Shown here one piece after another: positions 1 through 9,500 of a stretch of DNA of 64,000 nucleotides. Where the stretch lies: assembly GCA_038245905.1 (NCBI GenBank), contig JBBRRY010000008.1, forward strand, positions 1-64,000, given 5' to 3'. Made by a program: the position numbers and the translations under genes. Below the pieces are notes generated by a model that was not told the origin of the DNA, searched no databases, and saw nothing but the letters and a program-made list of their open reading frames with translations. Positions within the stretch are counted from its first letter, which is position 1. The number at the start of each line of letters is the position of its first letter. This DNA is from Thermoanaerobaculia bacterium. GTDB taxonomy: Bacteria > Acidobacteriota > Thermoanaerobaculia > UBA5066.

Positions 1-4
1 CGGG

Positions 5-700
5 TCACCAGTAGAGGAGCCATCCCCTTTCGACCCGCGAGGCGTGCGCCTGCAGCGTGATTCGCTCGTTGCCGGGAACCATCCCTGGAACCGGGGCGAT
101 CTGGTGAAGCTGGTGCCCCGAGTGGAGGACGCAGCGGCCCGTCGTGTACGGGTGGTGCTCTGTTTCGAGGCTGTCCACCTTTACCTTCCTCTCCGCGGGC
201 GGAAGTGCCGCCAGGTCCTGGTAGAAGATCGGCCAGAGGCGGAGGCCGGCGCCGCACGCGGGAATATGGACGGCCAGCGTGAGCGAGAGGTGCGCTGAGG
301 GCGTCCCCAAGGAGCCGAATTCGACGAGGTCGTATTGCTCGTCGAAATGGATCTTCGCCAGCTTCGTGTAGGACTCGTGGAATCCGAAGATGTGAAAGCC
401 CGGAAGAGCGAAGTCCTCGTGGAAAAAAACTGCTTCGCCGAGCTCCTCCTCGATGCGAACCCGGAGCCGCTCGTGGAGCCATCCGAAATGCTCCGCGAGG
501 AGCGGGTTGCTCGCGCGGGCGAGAGCGCGGTAGCCGGAGGCGCCACCGGCGACCGCGTCGAGGTAAATGGCCGCGCCGAGGGTGAAGAACGGAAGGTCAG
601 GGCTGCGGCGCGTCCAGCGATCCGAGAGGGCGTGAATCGTGTCGTCCAGGCCGCGGCACTCGTCCGGCGAGAGAATTTCGAGCACGTGCGGAGCGTTCAT
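5..700 (-). CDS. Putative 2OG-Fe(II) oxygenase-like protein
   Basis: HxD motif (IHFDEQ), distal His (LHQIAP) and downstream Arg (ERITLQ), as in double-stranded beta-helix dioxygenases. Confidence 0.6.
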   Translation of the reverse strand: MNAPHVLEILSPDECRGLDDTIHALSDRWTRRSPDLPFFTLGAAIYLDAVAGGASGYRALARASNPLLAEHFGWLHERLRVRIEEELGEAVFFHEDFALPGFHIFGFHESYTKLAKIHFDEQYDLVEFGSLGTPSAHLSLTLAVHIPACGAGLRLWPIFYQDLAALPPAERKVKVDSLETEHHPYTTGRCVLHSGHQLHQIAPVPGMVPGNERITLQAHASRVERGWLLYW

Positions 701-712
701 GGCGGGACGTTA

Positions 713-2524
713 TCAAGAACCACGCTGGAGGTCGGACCAGCGCGCGTAGAGGCGGTCGATCTCGGCCTGCTTCTCCTCGAGGGCCGCGAGGATGGCGACC
801 AGCTTCGGCGCGTCGCTGGCGTGCGCAGGGTGCTCGCTTTCCGCCCGAAGAGCGTCGCGCTCCGCCTCGACGGCCTGGATACGCCCCTCCATGCCGCCGA
901 GCTCGCGCTGCTCGTTGAACCCGACGCGGCGCTTGCGTGGAGCGACTTTCGCGGCCGAGCGCCGCGCGGGAGCGGCGCCTTTCCGCTCCGCGTACCACGC
1001 CTCCCACTGGTCGAGGCCGGCGAGCGCCGTGAGCGTCCCGTGTCCCTTGCCGTCCTTCCCGAACGCGAGGATGCGGTTCGTGACGCGGTCGAGGAAGTAC
1101 CGGTCGTGCGTCACGAGGATGACCGCGCCGGGGAAGTCCGCGAGGCAGTCCTCGAGGACCTGCAGGGTCGCGAGGTCGAGGTCGTTCGTGGGCTCGTCGA
1201 GGACGAGGAGGTTCGTCTTCTTCAGCATGAGCCGCGCGAGGAGCAGCCGGGCCTGCTCGCCGCCCGAGAGGCGGCTCACCTTCATGTCCTTCTGCTCTTC
1301 CTTAAACAGGAATCGGTCGAGATAGCTCCGGATGTGGACGAGAGAGCCGCGGTACTCGACGTGGTCCCCCTCGGGGCAGATCGTCTTCGCGACGGTCGCC
1401 TCCGGGTCGAGGCTGTCGCGGCCCTGCTCGAACGTGACGGGCTGGAGGTTCTCCGTGCGGAAGATCTCGCCCGTGTCGGGCTTCTCCGTTCCGAGGAGGA
1501 TCCTGATGAGCGTCGATTTGCCGCACCCGTTCGGCCCGAGGAGGCCGATTCGGCTCCGGGGCGTCACGAGAACGTGGAGGTGCGAGAAGAGCACGTTCTT
1601 CCCGTAAGCCTTGCCGATGCCCTTGGCCTCGATGAGCCGCTTTGGGTTCTTCTCGGACGACTGGAAGTCGAGGCGCACGCTCCTCGATTGGTTCCGGGCC
1701 GACAGCTCTCCGACCTCGTCCTCGAGCGCGCCCGCCCGCTGGATTCGCGCCTGCTGCTTCGTCGAGCGCGCCTTGGCGCCCCGGAGGAGCCATTCGTTCT
1801 CGCGCCGCAGCTGATTCCGGAGCGACGACTCCCGCTGGGCGTCTGTCGCGAGGCGCTCTTCCTTCACCCGGACGTACGTCGCGTAGTCGCCGCGGACATC
1901 CAGGAGGCCGTTCGCGTTCCGCCGGTCGAGCTCGAGGATCCGGTTCGCCACGCGTTGCAGGAACAGCCGGTCGTGCGTGACCGTCACGGTCGCGAAAGGA
2001 GCGCGCGCGAGGAGCTCCTCGAGCCAGAGGATCGCGTCGACATCGAGGTGGTTCGTGGGCTCGTCGAGAAGGAGGAGATCGGGCTTCCGCACGAGCTCGC
2101 GGGCGAGGGCGACGCGCTTTTTCCATCCGCCCGACAGCGTCGCGACCGGGGTCTCCGTCGTGCGGCCTTCCGTCGTCAGCGAGAGCCGGGCGATGTACTC
2201 GTCCGCGAGGAAGCCCGCTTCCCAGTCCTCTTCGCCGTGGTGCGCGCTCGCCCCCTCGAGGACTGTCTCGCGAATCGTCGCGTCGTCGCGAAAAGCCGGC
2301 ATTTGAGAGAGGTACCCGATGCGGAGGCCCCGCTGGGTGGCCCGCGTGCCCTCGTCCGGAGGAATCTCGCCCGCGAGAATCGACAGCAGCGTCGACTTCC
2401 CGGCGCCGTTCGGGCCGATGAGGCCGATGCGGTCGCCCGAGTCCACGGAACAGGAGATCCCCTCGAACAGGGGATGCGAGCCGAAGGCCTTCGTGAGGCC
2501 GGTGGTGGTGAGGAGGATTCCCAT
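713..2524 (-). CDS. uup: ABC-F family ATPase (Uup-like)
   Basis: Two ABC domains (GPNGAGKST, LSGGW, LLLDEPTNHLD; GPNGCGKST, LSGGE, LDEPTNDLD), no TM segments, C-terminal coiled coil ending LYARW. Confidence 0.85.
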   Translation of the reverse strand: MGILLTTTGLTKAFGSHPLFEGISCSVDSGDRIGLIGPNGAGKSTLLSILAGEIPPDEGTRATQRGLRIGYLSQMPAFRDDATIRETVLEGASAHHGEEDWEAGFLADEYIARLSLTTEGRTTETPVATLSGGWKKRVALARELVRKPDLLLLDEPTNHLDVDAILWLEELLARAPFATVTVTHDRLFLQRVANRILELDRRNANGLLDVRGDYATYVRVKEERLATDAQRESSLRNQLRRENEWLLRGAKARSTKQQARIQRAGALEDEVGELSARNQSRSVRLDFQSSEKNPKRLIEAKGIGKAYGKNVLFSHLHVLVTPRSRIGLLGPNGCGKSTLIRILLGTEKPDTGEIFRTENLQPVTFEQGRDSLDPEATVAKTICPEGDHVEYRGSLVHIRSYLDRFLFKEEQKDMKVSRLSGGEQARLLLARLMLKKTNLLVLDEPTNDLDLATLQVLEDCLADFPGAVILVTHDRYFLDRVTNRILAFGKDGKGHGTLTALAGLDQWEAWYAERKGAAPARRSAAKVAPRKRRVGFNEQRELGGMEGRIQAVEAERDALRAESEHPAHASDAPKLVAILAALEEKQAEIDRLYARWSDLQRGS

Positions 2525-2536
2525 GGATGGAGCAAG

Positions 2537-2613
2537 TGGCGGGGCCGACGGGGCTCGAACCCGCGACCTCAGGCGTGACAGGCCTGCGCTCTAACCAACT
2601 GAGCTACGACCCC
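2537..2613 (-). tRNA. tRNA-Asp(GTC)
   Basis: Reverse complement GGGGTCGTAGCTCAGTTGGTTAGAGCGCAGGCCTGTCACGCCTGAGGTCGCGGGTTCGAGCCCCGTCGGCCCCGCCA: cloverleaf, anticodon GTC, encoded CCA. Confidence 0.97.
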
Positions 2614-2667
2614 GAATTCCGTCCCAAAACAGTCGCCGCGGGACGGGACGCGGAGTATACAGAGCCG

Positions 2668-5600
2668 GTGACGAGCTGCAAGCGGACGATCGTCGTCGTT
2701 CTCATGGCTCTCGCGGCGCGGGCGGAATCGGCTTCAGAGGGAATGCGGATCCAGACGTTCGTGCCGGGCGTCGCCCATGGCCGCCTCCCCGTCGTCGTCG
2801 ACCTCGGCGCGTCGCCTCCTCCGGCCGAGCTCCTCCTGAACGGCGCCCACGCCTGCCGCGTCACCGCCGTGCGTCAGACCTGCCTCGTGGAGCTCGGGCC
2901 CGCGCCCCAGGTCGCGCTCCTCGAGCTCGTGCGGCGAGACGCGTCCGGAAGGGTCGTCGAAAGGGCGCGCCGCTGGGTGAACAAGCCCTCCGACGCGCGC
3001 GCGGAAGTCCTCGTGAGGAGCGACTGCACGCGTGCCGCCGGACCCTGCACGCTCCGGTTCTCCTGGTCCCATGAAAACGCGATCGCGCCCAGCGAGCTGA
3101 CGGTCACGATCGACGGGGCGAAGGCCTGGCAGGGCGAACCGCGCGACGTCGCGGTGCCCTACGCGGCCGGCAGCGCGGCGCGGGTCATCGGGGTCGACCT
3201 CGTCTTTCGGGACGGCGAACGGGTGTCGCAGACGTTGCTCATTGGCAGCGGCATCTCGAGCGCCGTCGAGGCGCCCTTGAGCGCCGTAAACGTCTTGCCC
3301 GAGGAACCGGGCGGACGTGATCCGGCGGAGATCAAGACGCTGGGCGGCCGGGTCGTCGCCACCGTCGAACAGGGAGAGAGGGAAGTTCTCTTCGTGGTCG
3401 CGCCGTCGGCGGTCGCGAAGCTTCAGTCGCTCACGGAGACCTCGCAGAGAGCCTTCACGAAAAACGCGAGCCGAATGGACAAGGCGCTCGAGGGCGTGAA
3501 CCACATCGTCTACTTTTCTCCCCTCGGGACGCGCACGGCGTACAGCAGCGCGTCCCGGGTCTCCGACCGGATGTTCCGCCTCAAGGGATTCGACTGCACG
3601 CCGAAGCGGGACTACCGCGAGCGCACGCTCTCGCTCCCCTGCGTGGACCAGGATCTCCTCGCGGGCGATCAGTACCGCCTCGCGGCGACCGTGGCCTCTG
3701 CGACGTTCAATCGCGCGGCCGTCCCGCGCCGGCGAGCCGTCGTCGTCGTCCTGGGCGACGACGAGCCGAAGCAGGACGAGAGCGCCTACGGCGCTGCCGA
3801 CGCCCGCCGCTATCTCGCCGACATCCTCGTGCCGCTCGAGGTCTGGCGCCTCGGCCGCGCCACGGGAGGCAACTGGCCGGCTGGACGCCGGCTCGCGAAC
3901 GCCGACGACCTCGCGCGCGCCTGGGAGTCGCTGCGGGCCGGGCTCGACGCGCAGAGAATCTGCTGGATCGCGGAGGACCTCGACCCTTCGGCCTTCCGGC
4001 TCTCTCCTGAGGACGCGGGGTTCGCGCTCGCGGGCCGTCGGCCCGGGGGAGCCGTGCCCGACACCGAAATCGCGTCGTCCGAATCGGCCGCGGTCTCCGC
4101 CGCGGCCGCAGGTGAGACGGCTCGGACGCGCCCCGACAAAGTGGGCCGCGTCGCGGCCTCGCAAGAGGTCTCTCTCGTCAATCTCGACGCGAACGTCACG
4201 GATAAGAATGGGCAGCCGGTCCACGGCCTCACCGTCGCGGATTTCGACCTCCTCGTCGGAGGAAAGCCCGTCGCGATCTCGAACTTCTCCGAGATCGCGG
4301 GATCTGCAGGGACCGACGCGGCGGGGCCCCCGCGCCCGAAGCGCAAGGTCGCGCTCTTCGTCGACCGCCTCACACTCGGCGACGCGCGCCGCAGCCAGCG
4401 CTTCTTCCAGTCGCTCGACGACTTCGTCGCGCGGACGCTCGGGCCGGGCGACGAGGTGACTCTCCTCTCGTTCGACGTCGGTCTGACCGTCCTTGTCCCC
4501 TTCACGGAAGACGCCGGAACGATCCACCGCGCGCTCGAGAAGCTCGCGAAGGAGAGCGCGCGGCCCCCGAGTCTTTTCAGCGGCACCGAGGGGGCCGAGC
4601 GCCTCGTGGACGAGATCGCGCAGGCGGAAGCCGAGATCGCGGCCCGCGAGGCGCGAGGCCGGCCGGCGGCGGCCGCGCCGCCCGTTCAGGCCGCGCTGAA
4701 TCTCCCCAAGCCCGCGGACCCGGGAGTCCTCGCGCAGGCGCGCTTCCTGGCGACGGAGGAGTGGCTGCGGACGCGCCGCAAGGTCGCGGCGCTCCGCTCG
4801 GTCCTCGCGGAGCTGGGCGGTCTCGACGGACGCAAGGTCCTCATCTTCGCGAGTCACAGGCTCTCCCGGAACCCGGGCTACGAGTACTTCCTCTCGAAGC
4901 GGCTCGACCGCGAGAGCGTGGTCCCGCCGGAAGCCCGCGAGCTTGACGCGCGCGAGCTCCTCCTCTCACTCGCGAGGGCCGCGAACGGATACGGCGTCAC
5001 TCTCCACGGCCTCTACCCGGAGGCGGGCGGAGACTTCGAGCTCGCCGTCGCGGAGAAGACGACTCCGACGTTCTCGGGCGCCGCCTTCACGGGGCGCGGG
5101 ATGGAGATCGACGCGAACGAGAACGCCGGCCTGCACCTCGCGGTGGACGACACGGGCGGCCTCGTGGGCATGGGCGCCGAAGCCGCGCCCGACGTCCTCG
5201 CGCGGATGTCGCGGGACCTCGACGCCTACTACTCGTTCGGCTTCCCGGCTCCGGGAGGCGCGGGGGAGCGGAAGGTCGAGCTCAAGCCGAAGAGGGCCGA
5301 CCTCGTCGTCCGCACGCGCCGCACGTTCGTCGAGCGCTCGCCCGAAGAGCGCATGTCCGACAAGGTCGTGTCGAACCTTTTCGGGGTCCTGAAGTCGCCG
5401 CGCTTTCCCCTCACGACCCGCGTCGTGAGCGCGGTCCCCGCAGGAAAGAAGGGCCTCAGGGTTTCGTTCGAGGTGAAGATCCCCGCGGCCGCGCTCGCGC
5501 TCCTGCCCGTTGCCGGCGGACGCCAGGCACGCGTCTCGGCATTCGTCGCGATCCTCGACGGAGGCGACGTGACGACGGCGACGCCCGTCACAAGGGACTT

Positions 5601-5763
5601 CACGCTGCCCGAGAACGTCGCGGACTCCGCCGCTCACTTTACGTACGTCGGCGAGGTCGTCACAACGAGCGCGTCCCCCCTCATCTCGATCGGCATCCTG
5701 GACGAGACGTCGAAGGAAGCGGGCTTCGAGAGGCTCGAGACGAAGGCTCCCGGCAAAACCTAG
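2668..5763 (+). CDS. Large exported VWFA-related (Acidobacterial-type VWA) domain protein
   Basis: Signal-peptide-like N-terminus from GTG 2668; VSLVNLDANVTDKNGQPVHGLTVADF, GRKVLIFAS, DTGG and YYSFGF motifs. The ORF-track start at 2527 overlaps the tRNA and is rejected. Confidence 0.75.
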   Translation: MTSCKRTIVVVLMALAARAESASEGMRIQTFVPGVAHGRLPVVVDLGASPPPAELLLNGAHACRVTAVRQTCLVELGPAPQVALLELVRRDASGRVVERARRWVNKPSDARAEVLVRSDCTRAAGPCTLRFSWSHENAIAPSELTVTIDGAKAWQGEPRDVAVPYAAGSAARVIGVDLVFRDGERVSQTLLIGSGISSAVEAPLSAVNVLPEEPGGRDPAEIKTLGGRVVATVEQGEREVLFVVAPSAVAKLQSLTETSQRAFTKNASRMDKALEGVNHIVYFSPLGTRTAYSSASRVSDRMFRLKGFDCTPKRDYRERTLSLPCVDQDLLAGDQYRLAATVASATFNRAAVPRRRAVVVVLGDDEPKQDESAYGAADARRYLADILVPLEVWRLGRATGGNWPAGRRLANADDLARAWESLRAGLDAQRICWIAEDLDPSAFRLSPEDAGFALAGRRPGGAVPDTEIASSESAAVSAAAAGETARTRPDKVGRVAASQEVSLVNLDANVTDKNGQPVHGLTVADFDLLVGGKPVAISNFSEIAGSAGTDAAGPPRPKRKVALFVDRLTLGDARRSQRFFQSLDDFVARTLGPGDEVTLLSFDVGLTVLVPFTEDAGTIHRALEKLAKESARPPSLFSGTEGAERLVDEIAQAEAEIAAREARGRPAAAAPPVQAALNLPKPADPGVLAQARFLATEEWLRTRRKVAALRSVLAELGGLDGRKVLIFASHRLSRNPGYEYFLSKRLDRESVVPPEARELDARELLLSLARAANGYGVTLHGLYPEAGGDFELAVAEKTTPTFSGAAFTGRGMEIDANENAGLHLAVDDTGGLVGMGAEAAPDVLARMSRDLDAYYSFGFPAPGGAGERKVELKPKRADLVVRTRRTFVERSPEERMSDKVVSNLFGVLKSPRFPLTTRVVSAVPAGKKGLRVSFEVKIPAAALALLPVAGGRQARVSAFVAILDGGDVTTATPVTRDFTLPENVADSAAHFTYVGEVVTTSASPLISIGILDETSKEAGFERLETKAPGKT

Positions 5764-5767
5764 AGTC

Positions 5768-5842
5768 TGGTGGGAGGTATCGGGATCGAACCGATGACCT
5801 GCTGCGTGTAAAGCAGACGCTCTACCACTGAGCTAACCTCCC
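5768..5842 (-). tRNA. tRNA-Val(TAC)
   Basis: Reverse complement GGGAGGTTAGCTCAGTGGTAGAGCGTCTGCTTTACACGCAGCAGGTCATCGGTTCGATCCCGATACCTCCCACCA: anticodon TAC, CCA end. Confidence 0.95.
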
Positions 5843-5965
5843 GTGAACAGTCTACGACCCGAAAAGCCCGAAGTCGTCGACTCCGGAAGAAACCGGAGGG
5901 TCCGTGTCATTTCCTATCTGATCGGAAACAGCGCCGCGGTCCGTATTTCCCCGCAAGGAGCCCAG

Positions 5966-7441
5966 ATGGAGCGCTACAACCTCGTCGTGATCGGTGCCGG
6001 TTCCGGCGGCCTCGTCGTCGCCGCCGGCGGTTCCGGACTGGGCGCCCGCGTCGCGCTGGTCGAAAAGCATGCGCTCCCCTTTACCCCCGAAGGAGGCACG
6101 CCCGTTCGGGCAATGGGCGGCGACTGCCTGCAATACGGCTGCGTGCCCTCGAAGGCTCTCCTCCGTGCCGGGAAGGCAGCCCATGCCGCTCGCGAAGCGG
6201 GCCGCTTCGCGATCCGCGGCTCCTCGGACCCCGGCCCGCAGGACCTCGGCGCCGTCATGGACTACGTGCATGGCGTCCAGGCTCACATCGCTCCGGCCGA
6301 CTCCGTCGAGCGATTCGAGGGCCTCGGCGTGGACGTTCTTCTCGGCACGGGGAAGCTCGAGTCGGCCCACGAGGTCACAGTGAACGGGACGACAGTGTGG
6401 GGCCGTCACGTCGTCATCGCGACCGGCTCGCGCGCGAACATCCCGCCGATTCCGGGGCTCGAGGAGACGGGTTACCTTACGAACGAATCGGTCTGGGGCG
6501 CCCGGGCGCTGCCCGGCAGCTTCCTCGTCATGGGCGGCGGGCCGATCGGCACGGAGATCGGGCAGGCGTTCGCCCGCCTCGGATCGAAGGTCACGATCGT
6601 GTCGTCCTCGCCGCACATCTGCGCGAAGGAGGACGCCGACGTCGCGGCGGTCCTCGTCAAGCAGCTGAAGTCCGAAGGCGTGACGATCCACGACAACGGG
6701 TCCGCCACGAGGGTCGCGAAGCAGGGCGACAAGAAGGTCGTCACCGTGAAGCCGAAGAGCGGGCCGGAGTTCGAGGTCGCCGTCGACGAGATCCTCGTCG
6801 CGACGGGGCGCCGCCCGAACATCGAGGGCCTGGGCCTCGAAGCCGCGGGTGTGAAATTCTCGAAACGCGGCATCGACATCGACGCGAAGTGCCACACGAA
6901 CGTGCCGTCCGTCTGGGCGATCGGCGACGTCGCGGGCCCGTATCTCTTCACGCACTGGGCGGGCTACCAGGCTGGCATCGTCCTTAGGAACACGCTCTCG
7001 CCCGTCGCGCTCACCTCCGCAGACGTCACGAACACGCCCTGGATCACGTACACCGACCCCGAGATCTCGCACGTGGGCCTCAGCGAAGAGGAGGCGAATC
7101 AGAAGGGCATTCCCCATCGGGTCTTCCGCGCCTCCTTCGCACACAACGACCGCGCGATTTGCGACGGGACCTCCGAGGACAATTTCACGAAGGTGCTCGT
7201 CGACCCGAAGGGGAAGATCCTGGGCGCCACGATCGTCCACCCGCACGCAGGCGATCTCCTCGGTGAGATCGTTCTCGCGAAGAAGAACGGGCTTCCTCTC
7301 TCGGCGCTCGGCTCGGTCATTCACGCCTATCCGTCGCTCTCCGAGATCCACGGCGCCGTGGCACGGGAATATCTTAAGACGTCGCTCACGCCGGGCCGCA
7401 AGAACATCCTCACGAAGCTCGCTGCTTTCCTCAGGAGATGA
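5966..7441 (+). CDS. Pyridine nucleotide-disulfide oxidoreductase (dihydrolipoamide dehydrogenase/mercuric reductase-like family)
   Basis: GAGSGG FAD motif, GGDCLQYGCVPSK redox disulfide, GGGPIG, HAYPSLSE; SD AAGGAG before ATG 5966. Confidence 0.85.
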   Translation: MERYNLVVIGAGSGGLVVAAGGSGLGARVALVEKHALPFTPEGGTPVRAMGGDCLQYGCVPSKALLRAGKAAHAAREAGRFAIRGSSDPGPQDLGAVMDYVHGVQAHIAPADSVERFEGLGVDVLLGTGKLESAHEVTVNGTTVWGRHVVIATGSRANIPPIPGLEETGYLTNESVWGARALPGSFLVMGGGPIGTEIGQAFARLGSKVTIVSSSPHICAKEDADVAAVLVKQLKSEGVTIHDNGSATRVAKQGDKKVVTVKPKSGPEFEVAVDEILVATGRRPNIEGLGLEAAGVKFSKRGIDIDAKCHTNVPSVWAIGDVAGPYLFTHWAGYQAGIVLRNTLSPVALTSADVTNTPWITYTDPEISHVGLSEEEANQKGIPHRVFRASFAHNDRAICDGTSEDNFTKVLVDPKGKILGATIVHPHAGDLLGEIVLAKKNGLPLSALGSVIHAYPSLSEIHGAVAREYLKTSLTPGRKNILTKLAAFLRR

Positions 7442-8205
7442 CCATGGCGGAGGCACAAGCCCCGATGGCTCCCGATGTCCCCATTGCCCCGAAGAAGTTT
7501 CCCGTCGTCCCGGTTCTCATCGGGATTGCCGTGCTCGTCGCTCTCTACTTCCTGTTTCGCGCGCTCCCCGTCAAGGAATGGCTCGTGTCGTTCCAGCATT
7601 ATGTGAAGGGCCTCGGCTTCGCCGGCTACGTCCTGTACGCCGTCGTCTACGCCGTGTGCTGCGTCCTCTTCGTGCCGGCGTCCGTGCTCACACTCGGAGC
7701 GGGCGCGATCTACGGGCTCGGTACCGGGACGGCCGTCGTTCTCGTCGGCGCGACTCTCGGCGCGACGCTTTCGTTTCTCCTCGCCAAGACCGTCATGCGG
7801 AAGCGCATCGAAGGAATGACCGCGGGCAACGCGAAGTTCCAGGCGCTCGATCGCGCAATCGGAAAGGAGGGCGCGAAGATCGTCTTCCTGGTGCGCCTCG
7901 CACCGGTCTTTCCCTTCACGTACATCAACTACGCGTTCGGCCTCACGGGTGTGAGAACGCTCCCGTATGTCATCGCCTCGTTCTTCGGGATGATCCCGGG
8001 GACGTTTGCCTATGTCTATCTGGGCTCGGCGGCGGCGGGAGCGGCGTCCGGCGAGGCGGACACGACGAAGAAGATCGTCCAGATCGCCGGAGCCGCCGTC
8101 GCGCTCGTCGTCACGATCTTCGTCGCCCGCGTAGCGACCCGGGCGATCAAGAGCGCGGGCGTCGCGGAGGCGAGCCCCGCGACGCCCGCACCGGGATCGA
8201 TCTAG
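7438..8205 (+). CDS. TVP38/TMEM64 (DedA/SNARE-associated) membrane protein
   Basis: LFVPASVLTLGAGAIYG, RLAPVFPFTYINYAFG and GMIPGT motifs; ATGA overlap with the oxidoreductase. Confidence 0.85.
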   Translation: MTMAEAQAPMAPDVPIAPKKFPVVPVLIGIAVLVALYFLFRALPVKEWLVSFQHYVKGLGFAGYVLYAVVYAVCCVLFVPASVLTLGAGAIYGLGTGTAVVLVGATLGATLSFLLAKTVMRKRIEGMTAGNAKFQALDRAIGKEGAKIVFLVRLAPVFPFTYINYAFGLTGVRTLPYVIASFFGMIPGTFAYVYLGSAAAGAASGEADTTKKIVQIAGAAVALVVTIFVARVATRAIKSAGVAEASPATPAPGSI

Positions 8206-8765
8206 GGGGTTTTCGTCGGCTTGACGACGGGAACGACTCCGGGCTGCACGTGGACCGTATTGCCGCTCGGCTGCGCCGCGATCGTGACGTTCGTCTCGGG
8301 CGACGCATTGTTTCCCGCCGTGGCCGTGATCTTGTAAGAGCCGGGCGGGAGGCCCATGAAGACGGCGACCCATCCCGAGCCGGACGTGATCTGGGCGTTC
8401 GGACCTGGTCCCTTGATCGGGGACACGCCGGGGCCGAAGCCCTTCGGGAACGCGCCCTTGTCGTAGTGGCCGGCGTGGTACTTCCCACCCACGAAGTTCG
8501 AGCCGCAGGACGTCGTCGGCGCCACCGGCGTGCAAGCCGCGTTCACCTCGAGCGGGCCCGTCCAGTCCTTGTCGCCCTTGTTCAGCACGAAAATCCAGTT
8601 GCCGTCCGGAAACACCGTGAAGGGCGTCTGCACGGCCAGTTGGCCGGCCTGCTGGGCGGCACCCGTATTCACGCTCGTGGACGGCTTCTTCGTCTCCGCC
8701 GCGGCGGCCGGAACGACCGACGCGAGGACGAGAAGTGCTGCGGAAATGATGCGGGGGTTCTTCAC
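8202..8765 (-). CDS. Secreted hypothetical protein
   Basis: GTG start after AGGGAGA SD; signal peptide (KNPRIISAALLVLASVVPAAAA); beta-rich body with two Cys. Confidence 0.65.
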   Translation of the reverse strand: MKNPRIISAALLVLASVVPAAAAETKKPSTSVNTGAAQQAGQLAVQTPFTVFPDGNWIFVLNKGDKDWTGPLEVNAACTPVAPTTSCGSNFVGGKYHAGHYDKGAFPKGFGPGVSPIKGPGPNAQITSGSGWVAVFMGLPPGSYKITATAGNNASPETNVTIAAQPSGNTVHVQPGVVPVVKPTKTP

Positions 8766-8803
8766 TTGATCTTTCTCCCTTGTTGGTGACGTCGAACTCT
8801 TCG

Positions 8804-9454
8804 TCATTTGGCGCTGTCGGAAAGGACCGATACGTTTTGGATCTCCGGTGGCTGGTGGGAGATGTCGTCGAGGAGGAGCGGCACCGCTGGGCGGGACCCG
8901 TCCCAATCGAAGACCGAGAGAGAACCGTTCCTTTGCCGGATCTCGTCCATCCGGGAGAGCGCGCGTCCGAGAAGGCGCGTCATGAGGATCCGGTTGAATC
9001 GCCCGTGGGCGACGACGAGCGGCGCCCGCGCGCCGGAGGACAGGAGCCGCGCGAGAGAGCGGTCGGCGCGGAGCGCCGCGCGAGCCGGCGATTCGCCCCC
9101 GGAGGGCGACAGCTCCGTCTCGCCCGCCCGCCACCGGGCCCGGACGCCCGAGACCTCTTTCTCGATCTCGCCGTCATAGGGCCGGCCGGACCAGGCTCCC
9201 CAGTCGAACTCGACGAGATCCGGATCGAGCAAGACGTCGAGGCCCAGGACCGCCGCGACGGCGCCCGCGGTCTCCCGCGCCCGGATCATCGGACTCGCCC
9301 ACACCGCGTCGATTCCCTCGCCCGCGAGGCGGGCGGCGAGGCATTCCGCCTGGCGGCGCCCCGTCTCCGAAAGGTGAGTGTCGAGCCGCGAGCCCTGCAG
9401 CGAACCGGCAAAATTGCCTTCGCTCTCGCCGTGGCGGACCAATCTGAGGATCAT
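8804..9454 (-). CDS. Histidine phosphatase (phosphoglycerate mutase) family protein
   Basis: LVRHGES, SPMIRARET, GES and VVAHG motifs. Confidence 0.9.
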   Translation of the reverse strand: MILRLVRHGESEGNFAGSLQGSRLDTHLSETGRRQAECLAARLAGEGIDAVWASPMIRARETAGAVAAVLGLDVLLDPDLVEFDWGAWSGRPYDGEIEKEVSGVRARWRAGETELSPSGGESPARAALRADRSLARLLSSGARAPLVVAHGRFNRILMTRLLGRALSRMDEIRQRNGSLSVFDWDGSRPAVPLLLDDISHQPPEIQNVSVLSDSAK

Positions 9455-9500
9455 TCCGCGGGATTCTATGAAATGCGCGCCGCCTTATCATTCTCATCCT

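Noticed and set aside
335-2578. Long antisense or alternative-frame ORFs (this one, 2734-4857, 19408-21357, 26063-28477, 31348-34074, 42805-45556, 50948-52969 and others)
   Set aside because: Shadow ORFs of real genes in high-GC DNA; Arg/Ala/Pro-rich with no recognisable motifs.
2537-5842. tRNA-integrated prophage or island
   Set aside because: No integrase, phage genes or duplicated tRNA 3' end in the window.
5768-5842. tRNA-Val as a pseudogene (U-C mismatch at the top of the anticodon stem)
   Set aside because: A single mismatch at this position is tolerated; all other arms and the CCA are intact.
5966-7441. Mercuric reductase merA
   Set aside because: No N-terminal metal-binding domain, no C-terminal Cys-Cys pair and no mer genes nearby.
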